In this document: positions 45,545 to 54,609 of the stretch, in pieces
How the letters are laid out: every line of letters starts with the position of its first letter
Numbering within the stretch: the first letter of the stretch is position 1
NCBI GenBank assembly: GCA_035693825.1
Contig: DASSGB010000207.1
Coordinates: 384-64,383 of the forward strand
Length of the DNA stretch: 64,000 bases
DNA from: Anaerolineales bacterium
GTDB lineage: Bacteria; Chloroflexota; Anaerolineae; Anaerolineales; E44-bin32
Direction of reading: 5' to 3'
The notes under the pieces: model-generated
What the model saw: only the letters and a program-made list of their open reading frames with translations
The model's database searches: none
What the model was told of the DNA's origin: nothing
Translations under genes and position numbers: made by a program

Positions 45545-46618
45545 ATGCGACGGCGCCTTCCCCTCCTCGCCGCCAGTCTCCTGTCTTTGCTCATCGGGTT
45601 GTGGGTCGGCCTCGTGCGCATGGGCTGGGCCTTGCCCGTGGCCCCGCCAAGTCTGCCTCTGGCGCACGGCCCCATCATGGTTTCCGGTTTTCTTGGAACA
45701 CTCATCGCGCTGGAACGAGCCGTCGCGCTCAACGCGCTGCGCAGGCAGTCCTGGCCCTACGCCGCACCGGCCCTCTCGGCGCTTGGCGTCATCGTCCTCA
45801 TCGCCGGTTTTCAGACCGCCGCCGCCTGGCTGTTTTCGCTGGCGGCGCTGGTGTTCGCCGCCGCCAGCCTCTTGATTTGGCGAATGCAGCCGGGCCTGCA
45901 CACCGGCTCGATGGCCGCCGGCGCGGTCGCGTGGTTGAGCGGGAACGCGCTGTGGGCCGGCGGCCGGGCGCCGGCGGATATCGTGCCGTGGTGGATGGCG
46001 TATGTGGTCCTGACCATCGCCGGAGAACGTCTCGACCTCGGGCGGATCCTGCGCATCCCGGAGGGTTGGAAGTGGGCGTTTGGCGCAGTCGTCATCGTCA
46101 TACTTGCCGCTCTGCCGCTCGCTGACGCTCAGCCCCAGGCCGGCGCCCTCCTGCTAGGCGTGTCTCTTCTCGTTCTGGCGGGCTGGTTATTCGCACACGA
46201 CATCGCCCGACGCAATATTCGCCAGCCCGGCCTCACAGGCTACATCGCCCGCTGCATGCTGATGGCCTATGGGTGGCTGGCCGTGGCCGGACTGTTGCGC
46301 GCTGGGCTGGGGCCGGCTGCGGCGGGCTTCGTCTACGATTCGCAGGTCCACGCGCTGTTCCTCGGCTTCACCTTCTCGATGGTCTTCGGCCACGCCCCCA
46401 TCATTCTTCCCGCGATCACCGGCCGCAGCATCGTCTACGCTCCGGGACTGAATGTTCCTTTGATCCTTCTCCAGGCGTCCCTCGTTCTTCGCCTGGCGGG
46501 TGACTTCGCCGCGCGCAGCGTGTGGCGGCAGTGGGGAGGGATCTTGGGCGCGCTGGCCATCGTGGGTTTCTTCGGGCTCATGGCGTTGAGCCTTCTGCGG
46601 TCGGCCGACACAGGCTAG
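45545..46618 (+). CDS. polytopic (about 10 TM) membrane protein, unknown; loosely NnrS-like
   Basis: His-bearing helices LAHGPIMVSGFLGTLIALERAVAL and HALFLGFTFSMVFGHAPIILPAITGR, plus the repeated pair ..IALER.. / ..IAGER... It starts 9 nt after the cupin gene. Confidence 0.4.
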   Translation: MRRRLPLLAASLLSLLIGLWVGLVRMGWALPVAPPSLPLAHGPIMVSGFLGTLIALERAVALNALRRQSWPYAAPALSALGVIVLIAGFQTAAAWLFSLAALVFAAASLLIWRMQPGLHTGSMAAGAVAWLSGNALWAGGRAPADIVPWWMAYVVLTIAGERLDLGRILRIPEGWKWAFGAVVIVILAALPLADAQPQAGALLLGVSLLVLAGWLFAHDIARRNIRQPGLTGYIARCMLMAYGWLAVAGLLRAGLGPAAAGFVYDSQVHALFLGFTFSMVFGHAPIILPAITGRSIVYAPGLNVPLILLQASLVLRLAGDFAARSVWRQWGGILGALAIVGFFGLMALSLLRSADTG

Positions 46619-46620
46619 GC

Positions 46621-47052
46621 ATGCCCACACTGACCCGCTGGTACATCAAGAGCTCCCTGGTGTGGTTCGTCGCCGGCCTGACCTTGGGCATTGTCTCGTA
46701 CCTTCTTCCCGAAGACGTCCCCTCGTCGGCTTTTCGTCAGCCGTTCTTTCACATGCTCGTCGTAGGGTGGTTGACGCAGCTGATCTTTGGCGTCGTGTAC
46801 TGGATGTTCCCCAAAGCAAGCCTCGATCAGCCCAGAGGAAGCACTGCTCTGGCCGCGATCACATTCGCTCTGCTTAATCTCGGTCTCCTGGCAAGAGTCA
46901 TCGGCGAGCCGGCGGCCACTCTCGGATCGACCGCCGTGGGCGGAACATTGATGCTGGCCTCGGCAGTTCTCCAATGGTGTGCGGGCGTGGGCTTCCTCGT
47001 CAACACATGGCCGCGGGTGACACCTGCGCCTCATTCAACGGAAAGACGGTAG
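46621..47052 (+). CDS. small 4-TM membrane protein, unknown, paralog 1
   Basis: The ATG is 2 nt after the upstream stop. MPTLTRWYIK..., FHMLVVGWLTQLIFGVVYWMFPK, LLNLG, WPRV. The last about 10 codons lie in a 44-nt repeat unit. Confidence 0.5.
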   Translation: MPTLTRWYIKSSLVWFVAGLTLGIVSYLLPEDVPSSAFRQPFFHMLVVGWLTQLIFGVVYWMFPKASLDQPRGSTALAAITFALLNLGLLARVIGEPAATLGSTAVGGTLMLASAVLQWCAGVGFLVNTWPRVTPAPHSTERR

Positions 47053-47063
47053 GCGCAGGCGTG
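47021..47063. repeat. single 44-nt-family hairpin unit between the two small-TM paralogs
   Basis: CACCTGCGCCTCATTCAACGGAAAGACGGTAGGCGCAGGCGTG. Overlaps the 3' end of 46621..47052. Confidence 0.75.
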
Positions 47064-47076
47064 AAAGAGCGCTGAC

Positions 47077-47481
47077 GTGCCTCGCCTGACGTGCTGGGCG
47101 ATCCGCCTGGCCCTGATTCACCTGGTGCTGGGCTTCACCCTGGGCGGATGGCTCCTGTGCAGCAAAGCCTCGAGCGCCTGCGCGGGCGCGTGGCCGTTGC
47201 TGCCACTGCATGTCGAGTTGCTGCTGCTGGGCTGGACGGCGCAGCTGGCGATGGCCGTGGCCTACTGGATCCTGCCTCGCTTCGCAGGCGGCATCCGCAG
47301 CCGGGAGACCGCGGCCTGGTTGTCGTTCGTCCTGCTGAACCTGGGCGTGTGGCTGGCCGGTCTGACTCCCGCCCTGGCCGGACCGCGCGAGATGATCGCC
47401 GCCGGACGCGCCCTCGAAGGCATGGCGGCGGTGTCCTTCGCCGTCCATGCCTGGCCGCGGGTCAAGAAGTTCGGAACTTGA
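47077..47481 (+). CDS. small 4-TM membrane protein, unknown, paralog 2
   Basis: GTG start. MPRLTCWAIR..., LHVELLLLGWTAQLAMAVAYWILPR, LLNLG, WPRV. Collinear with paralog 1. Confidence 0.5.
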   Translation: MPRLTCWAIRLALIHLVLGFTLGGWLLCSKASSACAGAWPLLPLHVELLLLGWTAQLAMAVAYWILPRFAGGIRSRETAAWLSFVLLNLGVWLAGLTPALAGPREMIAAGRALEGMAAVSFAVHAWPRVKKFGT

Positions 47482-47505
47482 CTCCAGGACGAAGAGGCCC
47501 GTTCG

Positions 47506-50500
47506 TCACGGGCCCTCGGATCTTCGACCTGGCTGCTCCCACACGTCCAGCTTCACGCTGGCAGAACGCCCCCACGATTCGAGGTCGTACATGGCCCAGG
47601 CCTCGGCCGGCTGGGCAATATAACGACCGGCCGTCGTCGCACGCGCGTAGTACGAGAAGGTGTGGCTGCCCTTCGACAGGGAACTCACGAAGAAACTGAC
47701 TCGACCCTCGCGGATTTCCTTGTAGTTGTAGCCGTACTCTTCCCAGAAGAACAAGTCGCCTGAGTCATAGTAGTAGTAGTCCTCCGGCCTGGCTGAGAAG
47801 CTGGTGGTGTTCAAGCCTTCGTTCAACGGTTCTAGGCCGGCCGGTGGATGATCCTCGATGATCAGGTACGACAGGTCGTCCGGCAGCCGCACCTGAACCT
47901 CCACCAACACCAACTGCCCTGCTTCGATCCGCTCCAGAGGACGTTTTGTTGCCGGGTGGAGGTACCTTCGGGTGACTCGGATCGTCCCCTCTTCCTGGAG
48001 CTCCTGGCGTGAGATTCGAAACTCGGAACGCACCATATAGAAAAGGCGCCCCGGGCCGTCCTCGGTCAACTGAACCGTGTTCTCGCCCTCCTTCAGCCGG
48101 GACGCCGGAATCTCCAGCGACAGATCGGGCTCAGCGAGGCTCAGTTCGCCGGAGGCGAGCTCCTCGCCGTTGAGCCGAACAATGTAGCTCGTCGATCCGC
48201 TCATGGCCTCGATCCCCACCAGGTGGTCGGTCAGGCCCAGGATGGCGAAGGCCGTCTCGTTGGTGGTGCCCCAGCCGAAACTCTTCCGCTGAGCCATGAG
48301 CCAGCGCGCCATGTCGCCGCGCAGGTCTGCGGATCCTTCTGCCAGGCGCTCGAAAGCCGACAGCGCCAGAGCCGTCGCCCGGACGTCGGAAGCCATGGTC
48401 TTTCGGTTGTACTCGCCGTCTTCCCAGGGAATCGAGTAACGCACATAGCCTTGCTCGTGAACGGAGCTCTCCTGGAGGAGGTCCAGCACCTCACGGGCTC
48501 CTTGCGCGTCGCCACCGGCATCCAGCGCAAGGGCCAGGGCCGCCTGACTGAAGGGATCCAGATCCTCAGCCCGTTCGAGCAGCCCTGCAGCCCACGTCGG
48601 CTCGGAGCGGCCGACAACGGCCAGGCTGTACAGGGCGAAGGCTCGCGTCCGAAGATCCATTCCTCCCAGATTCCCCGTCAGCCACTCCGCGCCTCGCTCG
48701 ATGACGCCGTCATCGACCGGATAGCCTGCCTCCCTGGTCAGGCCGAGACCCAGCATGACCCAGGCCGTCTGATAGTCGTCGCTGTTGTCGTCGAACCACC
48801 ATCCCCACCCACCGTCGAAATGCTGCAGCGCATACAGCCGCGCCAGACCGGAATGAACCTTGGGGGCGATGGATTCCTCGAAACCGGGCGGCGAGACGCC
48901 AAGCTCGGCGAAGGCTCGGGCGATTACGGCGTTCGGCAGCACGGCGCTCATCGTCTGTTCGACACAGCCGTATGGAAAGCCCGTCAGGTCCTCGAGTCCG
49001 TCGAGCAGGCTGGCGGCTACGGTGCGGCTGAGTTCGATGCGAAGCTCGCCGTCCGCAAGAGCATCTTGCGGATAGTCGAACGTCGCCGTCAGCCGCCCGT
49101 CGAAGTCTCCCGCCTGGAGGTCGATGTCGCGCGTGGCCAGCGGCTGGACGTCGAGCGGGAGCTCGATCGCGTCCGCCTCCGTGTCCCCCTGGGCGCGGAA
49201 GACCAGAGTGGCCTCGCCGAGTCTGTTGGCCAGGATCGGCCAGAACACGACCTGCGAGGCTCCCGGCTCCAGGGTGATCAACTGCACGGAGGCCGTCCGC
49301 AAAGACACACCCTGCGTCCCCAGCGAGGCTCTGACCTCCTGAACTTCGGATGAGCCGTTGTGAATGCTGGCGGCGATGACGGCCGTGTCGCCGACGACCA
49401 GCATCCTGGGGAGCATCGGGCGAATCACAAGGGGTTGTTCGGTCGTGACGAATTGCCGCGTCTCGCCCACCCGGCTGTCCAGCGCCACGGCGCGCACCGT
49501 CAGGCGCCACGTCGTCAGACTGTCGGGCATCACCACCTGGACTTCGACCACTCCATCGTCGCCTGTCTCCACGTGAGGCAGCCAGAGGGCGGTGTCGGGA
49601 AAATCACTGCGCGGCGAGGCCATACCTCCATCCCCGCCTCCGCCGCCGCATCCGTCCCCTCCTCCCAGATACTGCGCGATGGTGAACGTATCGAAGGTCG
49701 CAACCCGGTGTGCCCGCGGCCCGTAGAAGGTATCGAAAATCGCCGGCGAAAGGTCCTCGCTCAGGCGAAAGATGGCCTCGTCCACCAGCGCCAGCGACAG
49801 CTCGGCGGGCGCCGGCGCCCCGCCGGGGCCGGTCACCTCGACGCGGAAGGTGGCCGTCTCCCCGGGTTGGTAGGTCTCTTGATCCGGCGTCACGCGGACA
49901 TCGAGGCGGCGGCCGACGGCTGGCACCATCAGTTCAACGCTGCTGGTGACCAGCGATCCATACCGTTCAAGGCCATACCCCTCTTCGTTGGGAGGCGCCC
50001 AGACGCTTACCGTGGCGAAGATGTTGGGGACATCATCCGTGCGGACGGGGACCTCGACGACGGTCACCGGCGGCGTCAGGGTCAGCAGTTCCTGCCGGCG
50101 TACCGATGCTCTCTCCATGGTCAGCAGGGCTGTGCCGGCGAACTCCGTTTCGATCATGAGTTTCGCGGTGTCACCCGGCAAGTAGCTCTCCCGGTCGGAC
50201 GAGACCCTCAAGCCCCATCCCTCGGCCCGACCCGAACCAACGCCCTGCACATAGAACCAATCCTCAACCTCCATTTCGTGGCGGCCCGCGTCCTGCCCGA
50301 TCACCTTCACCTCATACCAGCCCGGGAACTCGGGAACATAGTCGACGACGGCCCGCCCGTTCGCCGCCGTGACGGCCTCGGCGCGGAAGACTTCCTCCTG
50401 GTCCCAGTCGTAGGGTCTCCAGCGCAGGATCGTGAGCTCGAGGGTTCTGCCTTCCACCGGATCTCCATCGATCGTGCGCACTTCGGATTGGAGCGGCACC

Positions 50501-53148
50501 GTCTGGCCGCGGCGGTGGAAGTAGCCGCCGGTCTCCAGCGTGACGTCCTCCCCGGCGCTGTAGACAGTCACCTTCGCCAGGCCGGAGACGAGTTGATGGC
50601 TTCCGTCATCGACGGTTGCCTCGATGCCCAGTTCCAGCGAGGACAGGCTGCTGCGCCAGTTTCCCCACCAATCCGGAACCTGCGGCGCCCGGATCTCGAT
50701 GGTGGCCCGGCCTTCATCGTCGGTCGTGATCGTCCTACCTCCGGGCACCTGATCGGTGTAGAAGTCGCCCCACCATCTGTCGTACATCTGGAACAGCCGG
50801 ACGATGACCCGGGCGTCGGCCACGGGCTGGCCGAAGAAGTAGTCGGCCTCCACGGTCACGTAGATCTTGTCGCCGGCGAGGTAGCGCCCGGCGTCGGAGG
50901 CCACGGTCACATCGATATCCGGCTTGCGATAGTCCTCGACCTTGAAGATCTGCTCCGCGAGATCCTGGCCGAGGGAGACTTCGATGGTGTATGGACCGAG
51001 CATCGCACCCTCGGTGAGCTGGAAATCTCCACTGACGGTCCCGAAACGGCTGAACTCGAGTTCGGCCGTTTGAAGGACGTTGTTCCGGCCGTCGAGAATC
51101 CGGACAGCCACCGGGGCGCTCAAGTCGGGCAGATCGAGGAGTGCGTCCTGGTCCCGCCGCACGACCGCCTTGAAGTGAACCGTGTCTCCCGGGCGATAGA
51201 TGGGCCGATCGGTGTGGATGTGGACCAACGTGTCGAGGCTGTCGTCCTCGATCGTCTCGTGGTCGCTCACCCTCCATGAACTGCACCCGTAGGAAGCCGC
51301 GCTCCAGGCCCACTCGATTCCGACGGCGCTGGTCTCCGGTCCGGCCTGAGACAGGACGAGCACCGGCGGGCTTGCGCCGAAGACCCAGGTTTCGAACAGT
51401 CCGTCGTGATCGGTGTCGCCCTCGGCGGCCAGCTGGCCGTCTGCCGTGAAGACCCGGATATCTGCATCGGCAACCGGCCGTCCTTCCCGCGTGGTGACCC
51501 AGGCCAACACCTGGCCTCCGTACGATTTCACGGTGATGAACTCACCGGTCACGATCAAGAAACGCTGGGCCTCGATCTCCTGTGTGACCAGATTGACCAG
51601 ATAGAAGCCGGCGGGCAAGCCCTCCAGCTCGGCCTCCCAGCTGCACCCGTAGAACGAGCTGCATCTCCGCGACGGCTCCTCCCAGGTGGCGGCCAGCGGC
51701 GCACCGGCCCAGGAGATCTCACTCACACCCGCCTGCCGGGAGTGATAGCGCCGCGTGTACCGCTGCGCGAACTGGGCATCGGTGAGCCGGTAGACGTCGA
51801 ATCTGACGGCGATTTCCTGACTGGAATCGCGGCTATACGGAATCCCCACGGGCTCCCATGGCTCAGCGATGAGAACCTCGACATCATAGCGAAACGATGC
51901 CAGAGGCTGGCGCTCGAGGGTGATGAACGAACGACTCCACGGCCGGGTGAGGACCACTTGCCCGGTGGCGTCGCGGATCCCGGCCTCGACCGACACGACG
52001 TAGTTGGTCTCCGGTTGCAGGAAGCCGCCCGACGGCCGAAAGACAAGCGAGGAGCCCCTCCAGAGGAACTCTCCCTCGGTGGCAGGCTCGAGCGTGAAGG
52101 CGTCTTCGACGGAAGCCCTGTCCATCTTCCTGGCAAACACCAAGGTGACCTCACTCGTGATGGGAGCGCCGGCAGTATCGCCAGGTGTCATCGAGACAAT
52201 AGCTGGTGGCGTGCGGAATCCGACGCGGTCCAGCGAACCCAGCGACCTGCCCTTGGGATCCTTCACATCGCCTTCCACCGAAAGCGTGTATGAGGTCTCC
52301 AGCGGCAGCGGGGGATCGGGCCTGAAAGAGAGGCGGTGACCCCTCTCGTCGTAGGTCAGTGTCCCTGTGACACTGGGTGTGAACCGAAGCGAAGCCTCCA
52401 GAGCTTCGATGTCGATGGGGTAGTTGAATTCGATGAGCAGGGGGACGTCGGCGCCCTCCGGTCCGGGCGTGCGCACACGCGAGACCAGGGCGGGCATCGT
52501 CTGAGTCCAGCTGTAGGTCGAATGGAAGAGACCTCCTTCAACGCTCTTGGCCGACGTCCCGATCTCGAATCGGTAAGCGACACCGGGCTCGAGGACATCG
52601 AGCGTCTCGACGACCAGAGTCCTGTCTGTCCATTCGGTGGACAGGCGAACGTCCGGAGTCACCGTCAGGGCCTCGAGGACGCTGGCCGTATCCATGGCCA
52701 TGCTGAACGTCAGGCGATAGCGGAACTGTCGTCCAATCTCGTCGATGGGCTCCGCCTTGCGTTCCGAGACGACCGGAGACATCGGGAGGGAGAAAGTCCA
52801 GCCCAGCGGCTTGTCAAACGCCTCGCCCTCGGCCGTTCGCAGTTCGGGGCTCAGCCACAGGGTGTAGGTGCGGCCTGGGGCAAAGCCACGCTGCGCTGAG
52901 AAGGTGAGGTGGGTGTGTTCGTCATCCCAGCGGTAGTTGGCGGCGATCGGCGGGTCCCACTCGAGCGGCCGGAGGGCGCTTTCGGGATCCATGGGGCGGC
53001 TGAACTCAATGGTGAACTCCGCCTGCGGGGTGACCGCATCCATAGATGTGGCGCTCAGCAAAGACGCGGAAAGCGCCTTTTGACAACCGGCCAACACCAA
53101 TACCGCGGCACAGCCGCCGATCAGGCGACATACCCAGCGTGGCGACAT
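47506..53148 (-). CDS. bacterial alpha-2-macroglobulin-family lipoprotein with intact thioester, N-terminal Ig-like (SbsA/Big_5-like) extension
   Basis: 1880 aa. Lipobox VLAGCQK. Thioester GFPYGCVEQTMS (GCVEQ at 48955..48969). GGGDGCGGGGGDGG...SDFPDTALW block. Terpenoid-like TED helices (YALQHFDGGWGWW). Confidence 0.85.
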   Translation of the reverse strand: MSPRWVCRLIGGCAAVLVLAGCQKALSASLLSATSMDAVTPQAEFTIEFSRPMDPESALRPLEWDPPIAANYRWDDEHTHLTFSAQRGFAPGRTYTLWLSPELRTAEGEAFDKPLGWTFSLPMSPVVSERKAEPIDEIGRQFRYRLTFSMAMDTASVLEALTVTPDVRLSTEWTDRTLVVETLDVLEPGVAYRFEIGTSAKSVEGGLFHSTYSWTQTMPALVSRVRTPGPEGADVPLLIEFNYPIDIEALEASLRFTPSVTGTLTYDERGHRLSFRPDPPLPLETSYTLSVEGDVKDPKGRSLGSLDRVGFRTPPAIVSMTPGDTAGAPITSEVTLVFARKMDRASVEDAFTLEPATEGEFLWRGSSLVFRPSGGFLQPETNYVVSVEAGIRDATGQVVLTRPWSRSFITLERQPLASFRYDVEVLIAEPWEPVGIPYSRDSSQEIAVRFDVYRLTDAQFAQRYTRRYHSRQAGVSEISWAGAPLAATWEEPSRRCSSFYGCSWEAELEGLPAGFYLVNLVTQEIEAQRFLIVTGEFITVKSYGGQVLAWVTTREGRPVADADIRVFTADGQLAAEGDTDHDGLFETWVFGASPPVLVLSQAGPETSAVGIEWAWSAASYGCSSWRVSDHETIEDDSLDTLVHIHTDRPIYRPGDTVHFKAVVRRDQDALLDLPDLSAPVAVRILDGRNNVLQTAELEFSRFGTVSGDFQLTEGAMLGPYTIEVSLGQDLAEQIFKVEDYRKPDIDVTVASDAGRYLAGDKIYVTVEADYFFGQPVADARVIVRLFQMYDRWWGDFYTDQVPGGRTITTDDEGRATIEIRAPQVPDWWGNWRSSLSSLELGIEATVDDGSHQLVSGLAKVTVYSAGEDVTLETGGYFHRRGQTVPLQSEVRTIDGDPVEGRTLELTILRWRPYDWDQEEVFRAEAVTAANGRAVVDYVPEFPGWYEVKVIGQDAGRHEMEVEDWFYVQGVGSGRAEGWGLRVSSDRESYLPGDTAKLMIETEFAGTALLTMERASVRRQELLTLTPPVTVVEVPVRTDDVPNIFATVSVWAPPNEEGYGLERYGSLVTSSVELMVPAVGRRLDVRVTPDQETYQPGETATFRVEVTGPGGAPAPAELSLALVDEAIFRLSEDLSPAIFDTFYGPRAHRVATFDTFTIAQYLGGGDGCGGGGGDGGMASPRSDFPDTALWLPHVETGDDGVVEVQVVMPDSLTTWRLTVRAVALDSRVGETRQFVTTEQPLVIRPMLPRMLVVGDTAVIAASIHNGSSEVQEVRASLGTQGVSLRTASVQLITLEPGASQVVFWPILANRLGEATLVFRAQGDTEADAIELPLDVQPLATRDIDLQAGDFDGRLTATFDYPQDALADGELRIELSRTVAASLLDGLEDLTGFPYGCVEQTMSAVLPNAVIARAFAELGVSPPGFEESIAPKVHSGLARLYALQHFDGGWGWWFDDNSDDYQTAWVMLGLGLTREAGYPVDDGVIERGAEWLTGNLGGMDLRTRAFALYSLAVVGRSEPTWAAGLLERAEDLDPFSQAALALALDAGGDAQGAREVLDLLQESSVHEQGYVRYSIPWEDGEYNRKTMASDVRATALALSAFERLAEGSADLRGDMARWLMAQRKSFGWGTTNETAFAILGLTDHLVGIEAMSGSTSYIVRLNGEELASGELSLAEPDLSLEIPASRLKEGENTVQLTEDGPGRLFYMVRSEFRISRQELQEEGTIRVTRRYLHPATKRPLERIEAGQLVLVEVQVRLPDDLSYLIIEDHPPAGLEPLNEGLNTTSFSARPEDYYYYDSGDLFFWEEYGYNYKEIREGRVSFFVSSLSKGSHTFSYYARATTAGRYIAQPAEAWAMYDLESWGRSASVKLDVWEQPGRRSEGP

Positions 53149-53288
53149 GGGTTTCCTTTCCGGAGGAGAACGGGCCCCCTTGTGCTGCCCGGAAACGGCG
53201 CTCCGGTGCGCCTATGAGCGTACAGCGACCTCGGGCGCTTCTCCTAGTGGAGGAGGTCACTTCCAAGCGCAGTCTGGCACCCTGCTCC

Positions 53289-54311
53289 TCACGCCACCGC
53301 CCACCAATCCCGGCCTTCCTCCAGCCCCATCGCCGTCAGGCGATCGCGAATGAGCCGGCGCGCCCCACGCGCCCCGACCGCCGCCAGAACGACGGCAGGC
53401 TGATGTTCGAGCAATAACCGCGGCAGGTCCGCCGGGTCATGGATCGGCCGACCGCGCCTTACGCGGCCGATCTTCTCGGGGTCGATATCGACGAAAGCTG
53501 CCAGGTCGACTCCTTCGCGCAGCAGGTGCTTGCTCAATCGCCGCCCCATTTGCCCGGCACCCCATAGGATGACCTTCGGGGCGTGCCCCAGGGGCCCCCG
53601 TCGAAGGTAGTGCGCCTTCGCCCGGAGGAAGGCTTCCACCGAGTAGCGTGGGTCGATGCGCGTCAGACGGCGGGCGTGCTCCCTCCAGCGAACGAGCAGA
53701 CGCGGGACTTTCCCGAAACGGGCGCCGGCCAGGTGCAGCCGCAGCAAGAGATCGTAGTCCTCCGGCCAGGCGTTGTCCTGGTATCCGCCGACGCGCTCCA
53801 GCCATGCCCTTCGAATCATCAGGGAGGGATGCGCCAGCGGGCTCTCGACGAAGATCTGGCGGGCGATGGCCTCCGGCGTCAGCAGACCGTTCTGCCATTC
53901 GAGATACACACGCAAGCCCTCGCGCACGTCTTCCTCCGGGAACGCCTCGACCATGCATCCGACAGCCGCCAGGGAAGGTTCGCTCTGAAGCAGGCCGAGT
54001 TGAGCCTCGAGGCGTTCCGGCCGCGCGATGTCATCCGCATCATGCCGCGCGATCACCTGCACCCGGCACAGCCTCAGCCCGGCCTGCAGGCTGGGCACCA
54101 GGCCCGCGTGCTCGCCTCGCGCGAGGCAGACGCGCCGGTCCTTTCCGGCCCAGTTCTCCAGCCGCGCCGCCGTGCCGTCGGTCGAACCATCGTCGACGGC
54201 GATCAGCTCGAGGTCTTGCAGGGTCTGCTGGAGGATCGAGGCGACGGCTTCGTCGACCGTCGCTTCGGCGTTGTAGCACGGCATGAGGACAGACACGAGG
54301 GGCTGGATCAT
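53289..54311 (-). CDS. family 2 glycosyltransferase with C-terminal Rossmann-like domain
   Basis: VSVLMPCYNAE...LIAVDDGSTDGT...RHDADD. C-terminal VILWGAGQMGRRLSKHL. Start at ATG 54311; the ORF-track extension to 54452 is encoded by the MITE-like repeat. Confidence 0.8.
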   Translation of the reverse strand: MIQPLVSVLMPCYNAEATVDEAVASILQQTLQDLELIAVDDGSTDGTAARLENWAGKDRRVCLARGEHAGLVPSLQAGLRLCRVQVIARHDADDIARPERLEAQLGLLQSEPSLAAVGCMVEAFPEEDVREGLRVYLEWQNGLLTPEAIARQIFVESPLAHPSLMIRRAWLERVGGYQDNAWPEDYDLLLRLHLAGARFGKVPRLLVRWREHARRLTRIDPRYSVEAFLRAKAHYLRRGPLGHAPKVILWGAGQMGRRLSKHLLREGVDLAAFVDIDPEKIGRVRRGRPIHDPADLPRLLLEHQPAVVLAAVGARGARRLIRDRLTAMGLEEGRDWWAVA

Positions 54312-54342
54312 GGAACGCACCACAGACCTAAGCTGATTCCCA

Positions 54343-54558
54343 GCCCTACCGGGGATCGCGCTTCGCATCCCCTTGGGGGACTTGAAGCTTGATGCCGCAT
54401 CCGCGAGTCCGTTGGGCGACGGGCGGACCGCGCCTTGGCCCCTCTCCCCCAAGGGGCCTTCGGCCGCCGGAGCGGGAGAGGGGTTGGGGGGAGGGTCATT
54501 ACGCTCTCGCCCAACGGTCTCCGGGATGCGAACCTTGATTCAAGTCCCCGGCAGGGCC
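54343..54558. repeat. about 220-nt nested-palindrome MITE-like element, copy 2
   Basis: GCCCTACCGGGGATCGCGCTTCGCATCCCC..GGGGACTTGAAGC ... GTTGGGCGA ... CCCCTCTCCCCC..GGGAGAGGGGTTGGGGGGAGGG ... TCGCCCAAC ... TTCAAGTCCCCGGCAGGGCC. Its terminal module is the reverse complement of the right end of copy 1. Confidence 0.8.
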
Positions 54559-54609
54559 ATGATCTTATGGTCGCACGTTTGAACGACAGATGCGGAAGAC
54601 GGAAACGAG

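Noticed and set aside
48223-51279. 376-aa and 639-aa plus-strand ORFs inside the alpha-2-macroglobulin gene
   Set aside because: They are antisense shadow ORFs with biased composition. The minus-strand frame is uninterrupted for 1880 codons and has thioester and A2M hallmarks.
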